Shown: positions 47,401 to 56,549 of the stretch, in pieces
How the letters are laid out: each line of letters opens with the position of its first letter
Numbering within the stretch: position 1 is the stretch's first letter
From: an uncultured delta proteobacterium
GTDB lineage: Bacteria; Myxococcota_A; Polyangia; Haliangiales; Haliangiaceae
Length of the DNA stretch: 64,000 nt
Assembly: GCA_963848295.1 (NCBI GenBank)
Contig: CAWKDB010000010.1
Location: 672,001 to 736,000 of the forward strand
Direction of reading: 5' to 3'
The notes under the pieces: model-generated
What the model was told of the DNA's origin: nothing
Seen by the model: the letters and a program-made list of their open reading frames with translations, nothing else
Databases searched by the model: none
Program-made: the position numbers and the translations under genes

Positions 47401-48170
47401 CACTCTGCGGTCGTGCCGCCCGGGCACGCCTTGCACGTGGCGCTGTTGATCGCGCTCTCGATCGGCGACGTTAGCTGGCTCTCGAGCAGGCTGAGGAAGA
47501 AACTGAGGCCGAGATCCGCGATGTCGCAGGCGATGCTGCCGCCGAGCGAGACGTCGGCGCTCTCGAGGTTCGTGAGCGTGACCGTGCCTGCGGCGATGCG
47601 CGTGGTGGCGGCGGTCGCGTCCTGCGTGAAGTCGATCGGCAGCGCGACCGTGACATCGGGGACCGAGCCTTGCGTCGTATCGACGGTCACCGTGCAATCG
47701 CCGAACACCGGGACGTTGACCGGGATCGGGGTCATCGTCTTGAGTCGCGCGTTCACGGTGACGTCGAGCTCGGAAGCGCCCTGCTTCGGCGCGAGCACGA
47801 GCCGCGGCGAATCGCCGGTGTGCTGCGAGATGTCGATGTTGATCGGACCGCACGGGTTCTGCGCGACGCCACCGGGGCAGCAGATCGGCGTGGTGCCGCT
47901 GCAGCTCGCGGGGACGTTGAATGCGATCACGCCGTTCGTGCCACCCGCGAGGCTATCGACCAGCGCCGCGGGATCTGCGGTGATCGCGGCGAGGCCGGTC
48001 TGGGACACGCGAGCTTGCGCCGCGTTCGCAGTCCGCTTGCCGGGCGCGAAGCCACCGGGGATCGGCTGCAGCCCACAACCTCCGCAGCCGCTGCATCCGC
48101 CGCCCGAGCACGACGCGATCAACAACGCGGCCACGACCAAGACGAACCAATCGACACGCGGGAGCTTCAT
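44478..48170 (-). CDS. 1230-aa lipoprotein: BPI/LBP-like region, internal MYXO-CTERM-like segment, C-terminal beta-propeller-like domain
   Basis: Lipobox IASC; internal GCVC...IFVALGLLAL-RRRR; repeated FTSIA/WTSIAL/IAYQD blades. Confidence 0.8.
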   Translation of the reverse strand: MKLPRVDWFVLVVAALLIASCSGGGCSGCGGCGLQPIPGGFAPGKRTANAAQARVSQTGLAAITADPAALVDSLAGGTNGVIAFNVPASCSGTTPICCPGGVAQNPCGPINIDISQHTGDSPRLVLAPKQGASELDVTVNARLKTMTPIPVNVPVFGDCTVTVDTTQGSVPDVTVALPIDFTQDATAATTRIAAGTVTLTNLESADVSLGGSIACDIADLGLSFFLSLLESQLTSPIESAINSATCKACPGGTTAECGSSFATACTNNVCMEGANCLEELGIDGRAVGTALFGSFSPGTTGSMDLYEVAGGYATTNTGGIALGLLGGMEPSGAPRDRCGPPSTEPAPISIPQSAYFSGNTRPDTGETYDVGIGIHKSQLDQLAYAGYNGGLFCLTVGHDTVSELTTDTIGLVSRSLTKLVATASPMAVGLRPQSPPVITLGANTFTTDSNGNPVVADPALDIKFTGMELDFFAAVDEQYIRVFTVVADVHLPVGLQTSEMGKLTPVIGSPTDAFTNISVKNSDAVTESPDDLAQLFPSILGLVLPQLSSGLGSIALPAIGDLDLDITSITDVDNASFLAIYANLVPSSPTPPMVETTLAVTSVTQPPAAVLDTPHLWASTPPPRVQLELGGNAGNLEYSIRLDHGTWSAWSPNPRPTLSPKTFWLAGVHHIEARARVIGHPRSIDLTPAETDITIGADAAPQNKRNDFHGQAGTTGCVCNSGDASPGGSAPIFVALGLLALPRSRRRRIVRAVRRALPRLGVAVWAVALFALHGCGCNNKPCGDTACLPGDIARGAIGRFTSIAGDDKRVMVATYDQVLGDLVAVDATDTSNLTYVAVDGIPADVTPTHDPSSYRGGIADAGPDVGAWTSIALVNHIASVAYQDRDATALKYAAESSAGGSWSNYVIDTPAANEAIGAFANMVIDASGNPAIAYLAVGVDDGAGHRTTELRLARGNKASPQSVGDWTTGITIASAPGTCAGLCDAGESCVESATAGDPQSCVAATNDCTPACGSGDVCNAGACVTEVATPTTELDDIPTGTGLFVSMGVMSDGRLVAAYYDRNARALVLGVESAANTNQFTPTILDGNVALQDRGMWASAAVAEDGTVHIAYQDAIGDQLMYTTWNGTPGTPVVVDDGERPGDRTHPVGSAAALYLDNGSPTIAYQDGMVSDVDIATLSGATWTTTPLATGPLLDGFSLAATTGHGSPVLAWDELTPANDPPNGLVVQAP

Positions 48171-48256
48171 CGCCTCGGAGACTGCTGGAGATCGTCCGCG
48201 CGATCAACGGTGAAGAGGTGACACCGCGGCGCCCCCCCGCGGCGATCGCCAGCTTC

Positions 48257-48362
48257 GCCGCAAGTTGACAATAGAGACACCGTCCCCAGGGTTTTACGTT
48301 TGGCGGCGCGTTGTTAGCGATCGCTATGTCGGCCGCAAGTGGACAAAAGAGACAGCGTCACC
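48257..48362. repeat. Two 31-bp imperfect direct repeats (27/31 identical) with a 44-bp spacer
   Basis: GCCGCAAGTTGACAATAGAGACACCGTCCCC at 48257..48287; GCCGCAAGTGGACAAAAGAGACAGCGTCACC at 48332..48362. Confidence 0.8.
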
Positions 48363-50032
48363 TATTGGACGGCGCCCTGGACGAGGACGTAGCCGGTCTG
48401 TTCGCCGATGGTCAGGTTGGTGACGCTGACGCCACCGACGGTAGGTAGCGGAATCGCGCCGACGGAGCCGGAGCCGACGGCGATGACCCGCGACAGCGCG
48501 AAGGACAGGATCGCTTGGAACTGCTCGTTGGAGAGCTCGTTCGCACCGTCGACGCCGGTGTCATCGACATCGACGTAGACGGTCGGGGTGCCGACATCGA
48601 GCTTCATCGCGCCGGTCGCGTCGGCGGTGACCTTGAGGTCGACTTGCGCGTTGATCGCGACGCTGGTGACGACGTCGCCGTTGTTCTGGAACGAGCCGAG
48701 CAGGTCGCCGATCGTCAGCACGAGGCCATCGCCGGTGGCATCGACGTACGGCGGCACCGCGGTGGTGACGTCGACCGCGTTGTAGAGCGTGCCGAGGTTG
48801 CCGTACGATCCGTTGGTCAGGTCGATGTTCTGGTCGAGGCCGCCCGACGCCCACAGGCTGCCGAACAGCTGGTTCGCCGCGTTCTGCGCGACCGCGAGCT
48901 GGAACCCGTGTGACGTGTCCATCATCGGCGGCGTGCTCGCGATGCTGACGAAGCCGGGCGCCTTGTCGTCGCCTTCGGCGCGCAGCGTGGTGTCGAGGCC
49001 GACGATCGCGCCGGCGCTGGAGAAGTTGATCGTCGCCGGCTTGACCGTGATGTCGATCGTGCGCCCGAACACGGTGACCTGCTCGGTCTTGTTGAGGCCG
49101 GCGAGCGCGGTGTTGAGCGACGGCACGACGAACTTCTCGGCCGCCCACGCGACGATCGGGCCGAGCGAGGTGTTGAGGTCGAGCATGTCGGCGATGTCGC
49201 CGATCAGGCCGCCGAGCTCGATGTCGAGACCGGTGAAGCTGACGTTCGAGTTGTCGAGCGCGATCGCGAAGCCGCCGTTGCTGGTGTCGATGCCGATCGC
49301 GAGGTTGCCGGTGACCGACACGTGCGACGCCGAGATCGTGATGTCTCGGCTGCCGTTGATGCACGCCGCGGCGTAGTTGAGATGCATGGCGATGAACACG
49401 TTGTCGAGCTCGCCGTCGAGCGCGAGCCCGCCGGTCTGCGGCACCATGCCGACCGTCGCGCCGCCGATCGTGAAGCTCGTGATCGAGCCCTGGACGTACA
49501 GGCAGTCGGGGCCGTTCGGTGCGCCGTCGTTGATCACGGGGTTGCCGGCTTCGAGCGTGGTCGTGAGGTCACCGCTCGTCATGTAGTTGGCCGCGACCCG
49601 ACCGATCGCGGCGAACGTCTCGGCCGACAGCGCCGCGGTCAGGCCGTTCGTCACCGGGTTCGCGATCGCGGTCATCGGACCGGCGACCACCGCGCGCGTC
49701 GCGGTGCCTTGGTTGCCCGACGCGTCGCTCGCGATCGCGTGCAGCAAGTTCGTGCCCGGCGTGACGGGTACGGTTGCGGTGAACGAGCCATCGCCGGCGA
49801 CCGGGGCGGCGACGCCGTTGATCGTCAGCGAGGTGACGCCGACGTCGTCGGTCGCGGTGCCGGTGACCGTTACGGCCTGGACGTCGCCGGCGATCGTGCC
49901 GCGAGCGGGGGTGGTGATGGTGACACGAGGGGCGTTGGGATCGAGGGCGGGACCATTCGGGTTGTACGGATGGTCGGTGCACGCGGTGAGGAGTCCGACG
50001 ATGCCGAAGGCGATAATTTTGAAGTTGCGCAT
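48362..50032 (-). CDS. Lipoprotein with Ig-like domain and BPI/LBP-like region
   Basis: GGGAG RBS, lipobox LTAC, VTVTGTATDDVGV Ig-like domain. Confidence 0.8.
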   Translation of the reverse strand: MRNFKIIAFGIVGLLTACTDHPYNPNGPALDPNAPRVTITTPARGTIAGDVQAVTVTGTATDDVGVTSLTINGVAAPVAGDGSFTATVPVTPGTNLLHAIASDASGNQGTATRAVVAGPMTAIANPVTNGLTAALSAETFAAIGRVAANYMTSGDLTTTLEAGNPVINDGAPNGPDCLYVQGSITSFTIGGATVGMVPQTGGLALDGELDNVFIAMHLNYAAACINGSRDITISASHVSVTGNLAIGIDTSNGGFAIALDNSNVSFTGLDIELGGLIGDIADMLDLNTSLGPIVAWAAEKFVVPSLNTALAGLNKTEQVTVFGRTIDITVKPATINFSSAGAIVGLDTTLRAEGDDKAPGFVSIASTPPMMDTSHGFQLAVAQNAANQLFGSLWASGGLDQNIDLTNGSYGNLGTLYNAVDVTTAVPPYVDATGDGLVLTIGDLLGSFQNNGDVVTSVAINAQVDLKVTADATGAMKLDVGTPTVYVDVDDTGVDGANELSNEQFQAILSFALSRVIAVGSGSVGAIPLPTVGGVSVTNLTIGEQTGYVLVQGAVQ

Positions 50033-50679
50033 GTCGAATCTCCCGTTGATGCGGAGACGTTCAGCAAGAAGGAGGCCACGCCGTCGAACCACTTGTCCTG
50101 CGCGGGAGCGTTCGCGAGCACGACCCGACCGTCGCTGCGATCCTGCCAAGATACGCGCGTTGTTCGGGGATCTTTCGAGCCGATCGCGAGCGTGCCGCCG
50201 GTGGCTACTGGATATGTCACCAGGATGACGACGATCGGCCGGCCGCTCCCCGGCTCGACCCCGATCTTGGCCTGCGCCGAGTCCGGAATCAGGGGTTTAC
50301 CATCGATCGTGACCTCGACCGACGACATCGCGTAGGCGGTCAGGACCAGGCGCAGGGTCTCGAGCATGAGCGACGCCGGCTGGCTGGTCACCCGGGCGAG
50401 CACCGCTTCGTTCGCCGCGCCCGAGCCCGGCCGGTAGCCCACGAGCAGCGCTAGCTCGCACGGCTCGAGCTGGGCCACGACCGTGCGCAGTGGCGGGAAC
50501 GTGTGACCCCAGGCCGGCGTACCTGCCAGCGCGATGGCTAGGACAGTAGCCAGCGCGAGGGGCGATCGGACCCGCGCCGGATGGCCTGGGTTTCCGGATC
50601 GTGTACGAGGACGTGCACGTGGCACGTGGCACGTGCGCGTGCTCGTACACGATCCCTGCCGCGCCAACGCTGCGCTCAT
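49870..50679 (-). CDS. Secreted hypothetical protein (boundaries uncertain)
   Basis: ATG at 50679 in an ATGA overlap; signal-like LATVLAIALAGTPAWG-H; tail overlaps the next gene. Confidence 0.5.
   Translation of the reverse strand: MSAALARQGSCTSTRTCHVPRARPRTRSGNPGHPARVRSPLALATVLAIALAGTPAWGHTFPPLRTVVAQLEPCELALLVGYRPGSGAANEAVLARVTSQPASLMLETLRLVLTAYAMSSVEVTIDGKPLIPDSAQAKIGVEPGSGRPIVVILVTYPVATGGTLAIGSKDPRTTRVSWQDRSDGRVVLANAPAQDKWFDGVASFLLNVSASTGDSTCATSKLSPSASSDSSPRAPTIRTTRMVPPSIPTPLVSPSPPPLAARSPATSRP
50596..50655. repeat. 60-bp palindromic element with central (GCACGTG)3
   Basis: Perfect 14-bp arms GGATCGTGTACGAG / CTCGTACACGATCC. Confidence 0.9.
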
Positions 50680-53600
50680 CGGGAGACGTCCGGGATCGTC
50701 TTCGAATTGCTCCCTCACATCCGGCGGCCGCCGGGTCGCGGGGGACTTCGCCTGCGCGAGCGGCGGTCTCGGCGCGTGCCAGCCGTTCCCGTCGATGTCG
50801 ACCCAGATCGGGTTCGTCATCGCGAACGGCCTCGCGTAGTGCAGGTGTTGCGGGACCAGCGCCGACGTGATCGGCAGCGACGACAGGTTGATGCCGACCG
50901 ACAGCGCGCCGATGATCGCCGAGACATCGAGCGGCGGAAACTCGGTCGCGGAGTTGACCGGGAACATGTTCGAGTCGCCGTTGACCTCCGCGACGATCCA
51001 GCAATCGACCGAGCACTGCACCGGCACGTGAGCCTCGTAGGTCCCCTGCCCGGCCGGAATCGGCTGGTCGTAGACCACCGCGCCGCCGTTCGAGTAGACG
51101 GTGAGCTCGTTGACCGCGGCCCAGCTCGGCGCCTTGACCACGATGTCGACATCGATCGTCGGATCGCTGTCGACCACGGTGTCGCCGATCATCGCGCCCT
51201 TGATCGTCATCTCGACCAGCGGTGCGGTCGTCGCGACCGCGCGATGCGCCTTGATCGCGGCGATCACGTCGGCGCGCGTGAACGCACCGGGCGCGTCCTT
51301 GCCCTGTCCGACGTAGATCATCGTGCGCGCATAGCCCGGCTCGTCGCCGAGCGTCTGGTGGCTGTCGGACGCGCCGAGGCCGGTCGGCGACAGGCCGTGG
51401 TCGAGCATCGTGAACCAGGTCTCGACGACCCCGGGGAACGTCGGGTGGCCGTCGGCGCCGAGCACGACCTGGCCGGGCACCGGCTGCGGATCGGGGAACG
51501 GCCCCGCGGGCAGCGGGTTCGGCGCCTTGAACGTGTGGATATCTTCGAGCCGACGGCCGGTGACGAGCTCGAGCGCATCGAAGTCGGTGGCTGTACGCCG
51601 GCGCCTGGAACTCCATGCCGTACGGTGCGAACACGCCGAGGATGCCGCTCGGCGCGTACGGCAGCGCGGTGTCTTGGTCGATGAAGAACTGCGAGAAGTA
51701 GCCGAGCACGGGCTGGCGCGGATGCGCGACGTCGACGATCGCGCTGGCCGGATCGGTCGCGAGCCCGCGCAGGGTCGCGAACAGATCGCCCGGCGTCTGA
51801 TGGAACCACTGGAACTCTCCGCCGCGAGTCGAGCCCGGATCGACGGTGAGCGGAAAGCCGATGAAGTGGCCCATCTCGAACGTCGTCAGCTCCATGCCGG
51901 GAATGCCGAGCAGCCAGTTCGACAGGCCGGTCGCGCCGATCACCGGCGCGTAGTCGGTGATGAAGTTGTGATCGGTCGCGGTCGCGACATCGAGGCCCTC
52001 CGCGGCGCAGCTCGCGACCCGCAGCGGGATCGGCAAGCCGCTGTCGGTCGACGGTTGCGCGTGGATGTGAAAGTCGGCGGCGATCCAGCCGTCGCTCGAG
52101 AACGATCGCTGGAGCTGGACGAGCTCGGCGGCGTACGAGCCGGCGCCGATCGAGATCGTCTTGGTGTACAGCTCGTACTCCGGGCCGCGCGAGACGACGA
52201 GGTCGTACGTACCGGGCCGCACCGTCGCGTTGAGGTTGCCGTCGACCGTCCACCACGCGTTCTCGACGTAGCGGTCGGTGCCGTCGTACGCGGTCGGCCG
52301 CACGCGCTCGCCGAGCGTGAGCGAGTACAGGATGTCGCGGCCGTCGATGCCCTTGATCTGCGAGTTGTGGCCGATCAGCTGGATCTTGACCGGCGCGTGG
52401 CGGCCGAGCTCGTCGACGACCGAGACCGCGAGCGACGCCGGCGGCGCGATCGTGACGAACACGCCCGTCGCCTGCCCGGCGGTGATCGTGAACGGCTGCG
52501 CATCGGTCGTGACCCGATCGTCGGCGAGCACGCGATACGAGTAGCTGCCCGGCGCGAGGTGGCCGAAGAACGCGCCGCCGTCGTCGGTCGTCATCTGATC
52601 GAGCGGGTTCCCGTCGCTGTCGAGCACGATCACGTTAGCGTTCGCGACCGGCGCGGAGGTCTGCGAGTCGACGAGGTAGCCGCCGAACGTGCCGGTCGGC
52701 TGGTTGCGGATCTCGTAGATCGTGTCGAGCACCGACGCGACGTCGCCCTTGCCGATCACGAAGTACGACTCGTACGTGCGCTGCTCGCCCGCTTGCAGCT
52801 GCGCCGGCGGGTTGTACATGTACGCGCCGGTCACGCCGGCGTACGTGAACGGCAGCAGCATCGAGTACGGCGTGATCTTCTGGTTGCCGTAGCCGGTGTT
52901 GAACGTGTTGACGTAGTTGTCCGCGGTCGCCGGGATGGTCAGGCCGTACGACACGCCCGGGCCGCGGCTCGCGAGAAAATCCGCGACCATGCCGGGGAAC
53001 GCGGGGAACCCCGACGCCTGCTTGTAGCTGTCCTGGATCGCGAATCGCACGTTGAACCCGGCGATGCCGGGTACGAACAAGCTCTGCTCGCCTCCGAGCA
53101 GCGGGAACTGGCCGAGCGGCGCGGATAGCTGGAGCGACGAGATGCCCGGGATGTTCATCCCGAGCAAGCTGTCGAGCTGCGACGGCATCAAGTACGGGAA
53201 CGGGTGTGCGCCACTGTCCGGGTTCTTGATCGTCGTCTCGATCGTGACGTACTTCTTGCCCGGCTCGAGCCGGTAGACCTGGGTCATCTCGAGCGGCGGG
53301 TTCGTGCTCGGGAACACGAGCCCGGTGTTGAGCAGCGAGACCATCTCGAACAGATCGCCGCCGATACCGGTGACCGTGACCTCCGCGGGGCCGCCGTCGC
53401 TACCGTCGGCGGTGACCGAGACGTCGGTCGGATCGATCACGGTGAACACGAACCCGGGCAACAGCTCGGCGAGCTGGTCGTTGCCGTGGGTGTCGCCGGC
53501 CGGGCGCTGCAAGTCGGCGTCGATCAGCGTGCCGCCGAACGTCGTGTTGACCCGGCCGGCGGCGACCTCGGTGCCGTCTTTCAACCGGAACGACTTGTCC

Positions 53601-53782
53601 GCGATGATCAGGCGAATCTGATCGTTCTCGAGGATGAAGTCGCCGACCTCGCCGACCGCGTGCGGCCCGCCGATGACCTCCTCGAGCTTGCCGATCCGCT
53701 GGGCGCGCGACTGCGGCGCCTGCGTACCGCACGTCGCGAGCGCGATCACGATCGCGGCGCCGCATCCGGCTCGCAAGATCAA
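50676..53782 (-). CDS. CehA/McbA-type PHP metallohydrolase lipoprotein with carboxypeptidase-regulatory-like domains, indels near 51590 and 50700
   Basis: VSRGPEYE, ADFHIHAQPSTDS, ATDHN, GMELT, GHF, AHPR, GASDSH, AMTNPIWVD. Confidence 0.85.
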
Positions 53783-55035
53783 AGCGAGACCTCCGCGGCG
53801 AGCTGCGCGCGATCGTTCGCGAGCTCGCGCCCCGGTTGCTCGTCGACGTGGGTCAGCTCGAGCTGCAATCGCATGCGCAATCGTGGCACGCCGAGCACCG
53901 CGCCGATCGTGTGCTCGATCACGCGGTCGGTCGTGATCAGGCTCGACGGATCGAGGATGCCGAACCGATAACCGACCGCGACCGGCAACGCGGCGGGAAT
54001 TCGAACCATCGCCTGGGCGTGCGCGCCGTACGCGTCTTGCGCGGGCCCGCCGGTCGTGTCGAACGTCGTGTGCTCGGCGACGAGCCCGCCGCCGAGCGAC
54101 ACCGGCCCCAGGCCGAGCTGCGCTCCGAACGCGCCCTGGTAGTCGGTCTCGTCCTGGCGAAACGGCAGCGCACCGATCGTGCGCGGGTTGTAGCGCCCCG
54201 ACGCGACGAGCCACGAGTCGTGCGGCAGGCGGAGCAGCGCGGTCGCCGACAGTGCGAGCGAGTTGTTGTCGTTGTTCGACGAGAACTCGTCCGCGCCATT
54301 CTGCGCCGCGACCTCGAACCCGAACCGCGCGCCCGAGGTCGGCACTTCGGGGTCGAGCCGGATCGCCGCGCCGATCGATCGGCCCGGCGGCAACCCCGGC
54401 GTCTGGTAGCCCTGGGTCGGCAGCACGCCGCGGCTCTCGATCGGCCGGTCGACGAACGCGCGCGACGTATCCGGAATCTGCGCCTCGGGATCGACGAGCG
54501 CCTGGAAGTAGCCGCCGCGGCCGGTGACGTCGCCCGCGATCCGGGCGTCGACGTACGCGTCGCGCAGGCCGACCGCGATGTTGCCCTGCGGCGAGTTGAT
54601 CTGCGTGCGCTGATCGACCGCGCCATCGAACGACACGACGAACGCCGCGATGTTCCCGAGCTTGCCGCGGGCGCCGACGCGCGCGTTCTGCAGCTCGAAG
54701 CCGTCGTCGCGGCCGATGTACTCGACGTTCGGATCGGCCTGGATCGCGATGTACTGCAGCCGGATGAAGCCGAACGGCTGCCACGAGAATCCGGTCGCCG
54801 GCGCGACCGGCTCGGGCGGCGGGCGGTTCGCCTCGCTGTTGGCCGGGACGCGTTCGGCCGGCGGAACGGCCGGGGCCGGCGCGGCGTCGCCCGGCTTCGA
54901 CTCGTCGCTCGGAGGCTGCGTCTCGCCTACCGGCGCGGGCGCGACGGGCCCCGCCGGTTGCGCGGCGACCATGCGCGGAACGAGCAGCGCGGCGCCGAGC
55001 ACGGCGCCCTTGAACAGATGGCGTTGTGCGATCAC
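53779..55035 (-). CDS. Outer-membrane porin-like beta-barrel
   Basis: Signal peptide, Pro-rich linker, FGFIRLQY, GFELQNARVG, LRDAYVD, terminal AQLAAEVSL. Confidence 0.8.
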   Translation of the reverse strand: MIAQRHLFKGAVLGAALLVPRMVAAQPAGPVAPAPVGETQPPSDESKPGDAAPAPAVPPAERVPANSEANRPPPEPVAPATGFSWQPFGFIRLQYIAIQADPNVEYIGRDDGFELQNARVGARGKLGNIAAFVVSFDGAVDQRTQINSPQGNIAVGLRDAYVDARIAGDVTGRGGYFQALVDPEAQIPDTSRAFVDRPIESRGVLPTQGYQTPGLPPGRSIGAAIRLDPEVPTSGARFGFEVAAQNGADEFSSNNDNNSLALSATALLRLPHDSWLVASGRYNPRTIGALPFRQDETDYQGAFGAQLGLGPVSLGGGLVAEHTTFDTTGGPAQDAYGAHAQAMVRIPAALPVAVGYRFGILDPSSLITTDRVIEHTIGAVLGVPRLRMRLQLELTHVDEQPGRELANDRAQLAAEVSL

Positions 55036-55099
55036 GTGGCGTCGAGCGTAAACGCAACGCCGCGTGCGGAGCGTGGCGCTGGCGTGAAATCGCCGCTCT

Positions 55100-55324
55100 T
55101 TAGAGGTTCATGATTCGCCTCGTGCTCAACGCAGCGGCGGTGTCGTTAGGCCGGAGCGAACCAATCGCGAGCGAGCGGCCGCAGCGGGGTCGGGTGTTCA
55201 ACGCGATGCTCTCGGCGGCGCGGCCGATCTCGTCGGCGAGCGACTTGCGGCGCGAGCGCAGCTTCGGCTCGATCGGGGCGAGCTGTTCGAGGACGGTGAG
55301 CGATTGAGCGAGGACATCGAGCAT
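55100..55324 (-). pseudogene. Truncated four-helix-bundle protein, paralog of 55957..56280
   Basis: MLDVLAQSLTVLEQLAPIEPKLRSRRKSLADEIGRAAESIALN, similarity ends near 55196; GAAAGG RBS. Confidence 0.8.
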
Positions 55325-55353
55325 GGCGTGGCCTTTCGTGGATGAGCGGACGC

Positions 55354-55542
55354 CCGACTCGCCGGGGCCGTCTCGCCCCGTCGCGCCGCACTCGCGCCGG
55401 CGCCGTGACGAGCGCGGGCACAGATCTCCGCACGCGTCGGTCGATCCAACTCTGCGGCGGCCGCTCGCAGGCGTCGGTGGTCCCCGGCGCTCGGCGCGGC
55501 GCTGGCGCGAAGCGGCGCAGGGCGACGGCCCCGGCGAATCGG
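55354..55542 (-). ncRNA. Putative structured leader (long hairpin), copy A
   Basis: Outer arms CCGATTCGCCGGGGCCGTCGCCC / GGGCGAGACGGCCCCGGCGAGTCGG; homologous to 55739..55935. Confidence 0.6.
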
Positions 55543-55562
55543 AAGCCGCGAGGGCGAAAGCT

Positions 55563-55709
55563 GGCGACGGCGGCGGCATCGGCAACGGCATCGGCAACGG
55601 CATCGGCGACGGCTACGGCGACGGCTACGGCTACGGCTACGGCTACGGCTACGGCTACGGCTACGGCGTCGGCGTCGGCGTCGGCGGCGGCTACGGCGAC
55701 GGCGGCGGC
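55563..55709. repeat. Hexamer tract (GGCNNC)n with a (GGCTAC)n core
   Basis: GGCATC/GGCAAC/GGCGAC/GGCTAC/GGCGTC units read directly. Confidence 0.95.
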
Positions 55710-55738
55710 TTTAGAACCCTCGATGCTCCTTCGCTCGC

Positions 55739-55935
55739 GCCGATGGGCGGAACGTCTCTCTCGCCCTGCGCCGCTTCGCGCTTGTCCCGCGCCGAGCGCC
55801 GAGTGCGCCGGCGCCTGCGATCGATCGCCGCGGAGTTGATCGGCCGGCGAGGGCGGTGGCCAGCGCCCGCGCTCGTCACGGGACCCGCGCGACTGCGGCG
55901 CGACGGGCGAGAGAGAGACGTTCCTACCCATCGGC
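55739..55935 (+). ncRNA. Putative structured leader (long hairpin), copy B
   Basis: Outer arms GCCGATGGGCGGAACGTCTCTCTCGCCC / GGGCGAGAGAGAGACGTTCCTACCCATCGGC; ends 21 nt before the ATG. Confidence 0.65.
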
Positions 55936-55956
55936 CACTCACTTCGGAGGATCACC

Positions 55957-56280
55957 ATGTCGTTCTACGCCCTCGACTTCGCCCTCGCCGTCCTGCAGCA
56001 GCTCGCCCCTGTCGAGGCCAAGGTGCGCCGCACGCGCAAGTCACTCGCCGACGAGATCGCCCGCGCCGGCGAGAGCGTCGCGCTCAACCTCAGCGAAGGC
56101 CGCATGCGCGTCGGGCTCGATCGCCCCGACTTTTATCGCCGCGCCGCCGGCAGCGCGAGCGAGCTCACGACCGCCCTCCTGATCGCGCGCGCCCGCGGCG
56201 TCATCACCGCCGAGGACTTCGCGGCGGTCGACGAGCCGCTCGACCACGTCCGCGCGATCCTGTGGCGGCTCACGCACTGA
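55957..56280 (+). CDS. Four-helix-bundle protein (TIGR02436 / 23S-IVS / Avd-like), intact
   Basis: GGAGG RBS; LADEIARAGESVALNLSEG, FYRRAAGSASELTTAL, LDHVRAILWRL. Confidence 0.9.
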   Translation: MSFYALDFALAVLQQLAPVEAKVRRTRKSLADEIARAGESVALNLSEGRMRVGLDRPDFYRRAAGSASELTTALLIARARGVITAEDFAAVDEPLDHVRAILWRLTH

Positions 56281-56393
56281 GCTTTCGCGCCGGCCAACTG
56301 ATTTCGGCACCCTTCGCGCAAAGCGCACGACGGTGCGAAGCGGCCGGCGACGCCAGGCGTAAGCGGGCTGTCGGCGCCAGAACGTCGCCTCGC

Positions 56394-56520
56394 GGCTACG
56401 GCAAACGGAGACGGACACGAATACGGATCCGGCAAACGGAGACGGCTACGGCAAACGGATACGGATACGGATACGGCGAACGGCTACGGCTACGGCTACG
56501 GCTACGGCTACGGATCCGTC
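56394..56520. repeat. Hexamer tract (GGCTAC/GGATAC/GCAAAC/GGAGAC units)
   Basis: Same orientation as 55563..55709. Confidence 0.9.
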
Positions 56521-56549
56521 CACGGCCCCGGCCGCTGCTCAGAGACGCG

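Noticed and set aside
50297..55057. Single 1586-aa protein
   Set aside because: Only about 51590..53782 is coding in this frame; the rest is off-frame overlap with the porin gene and sequence past a frameshift
55100..56520. Diversity-generating retroelement
   Set aside because: An Avd-like gene is present, but no reverse transcriptase and no TR/VR pair differing at adenines was seen
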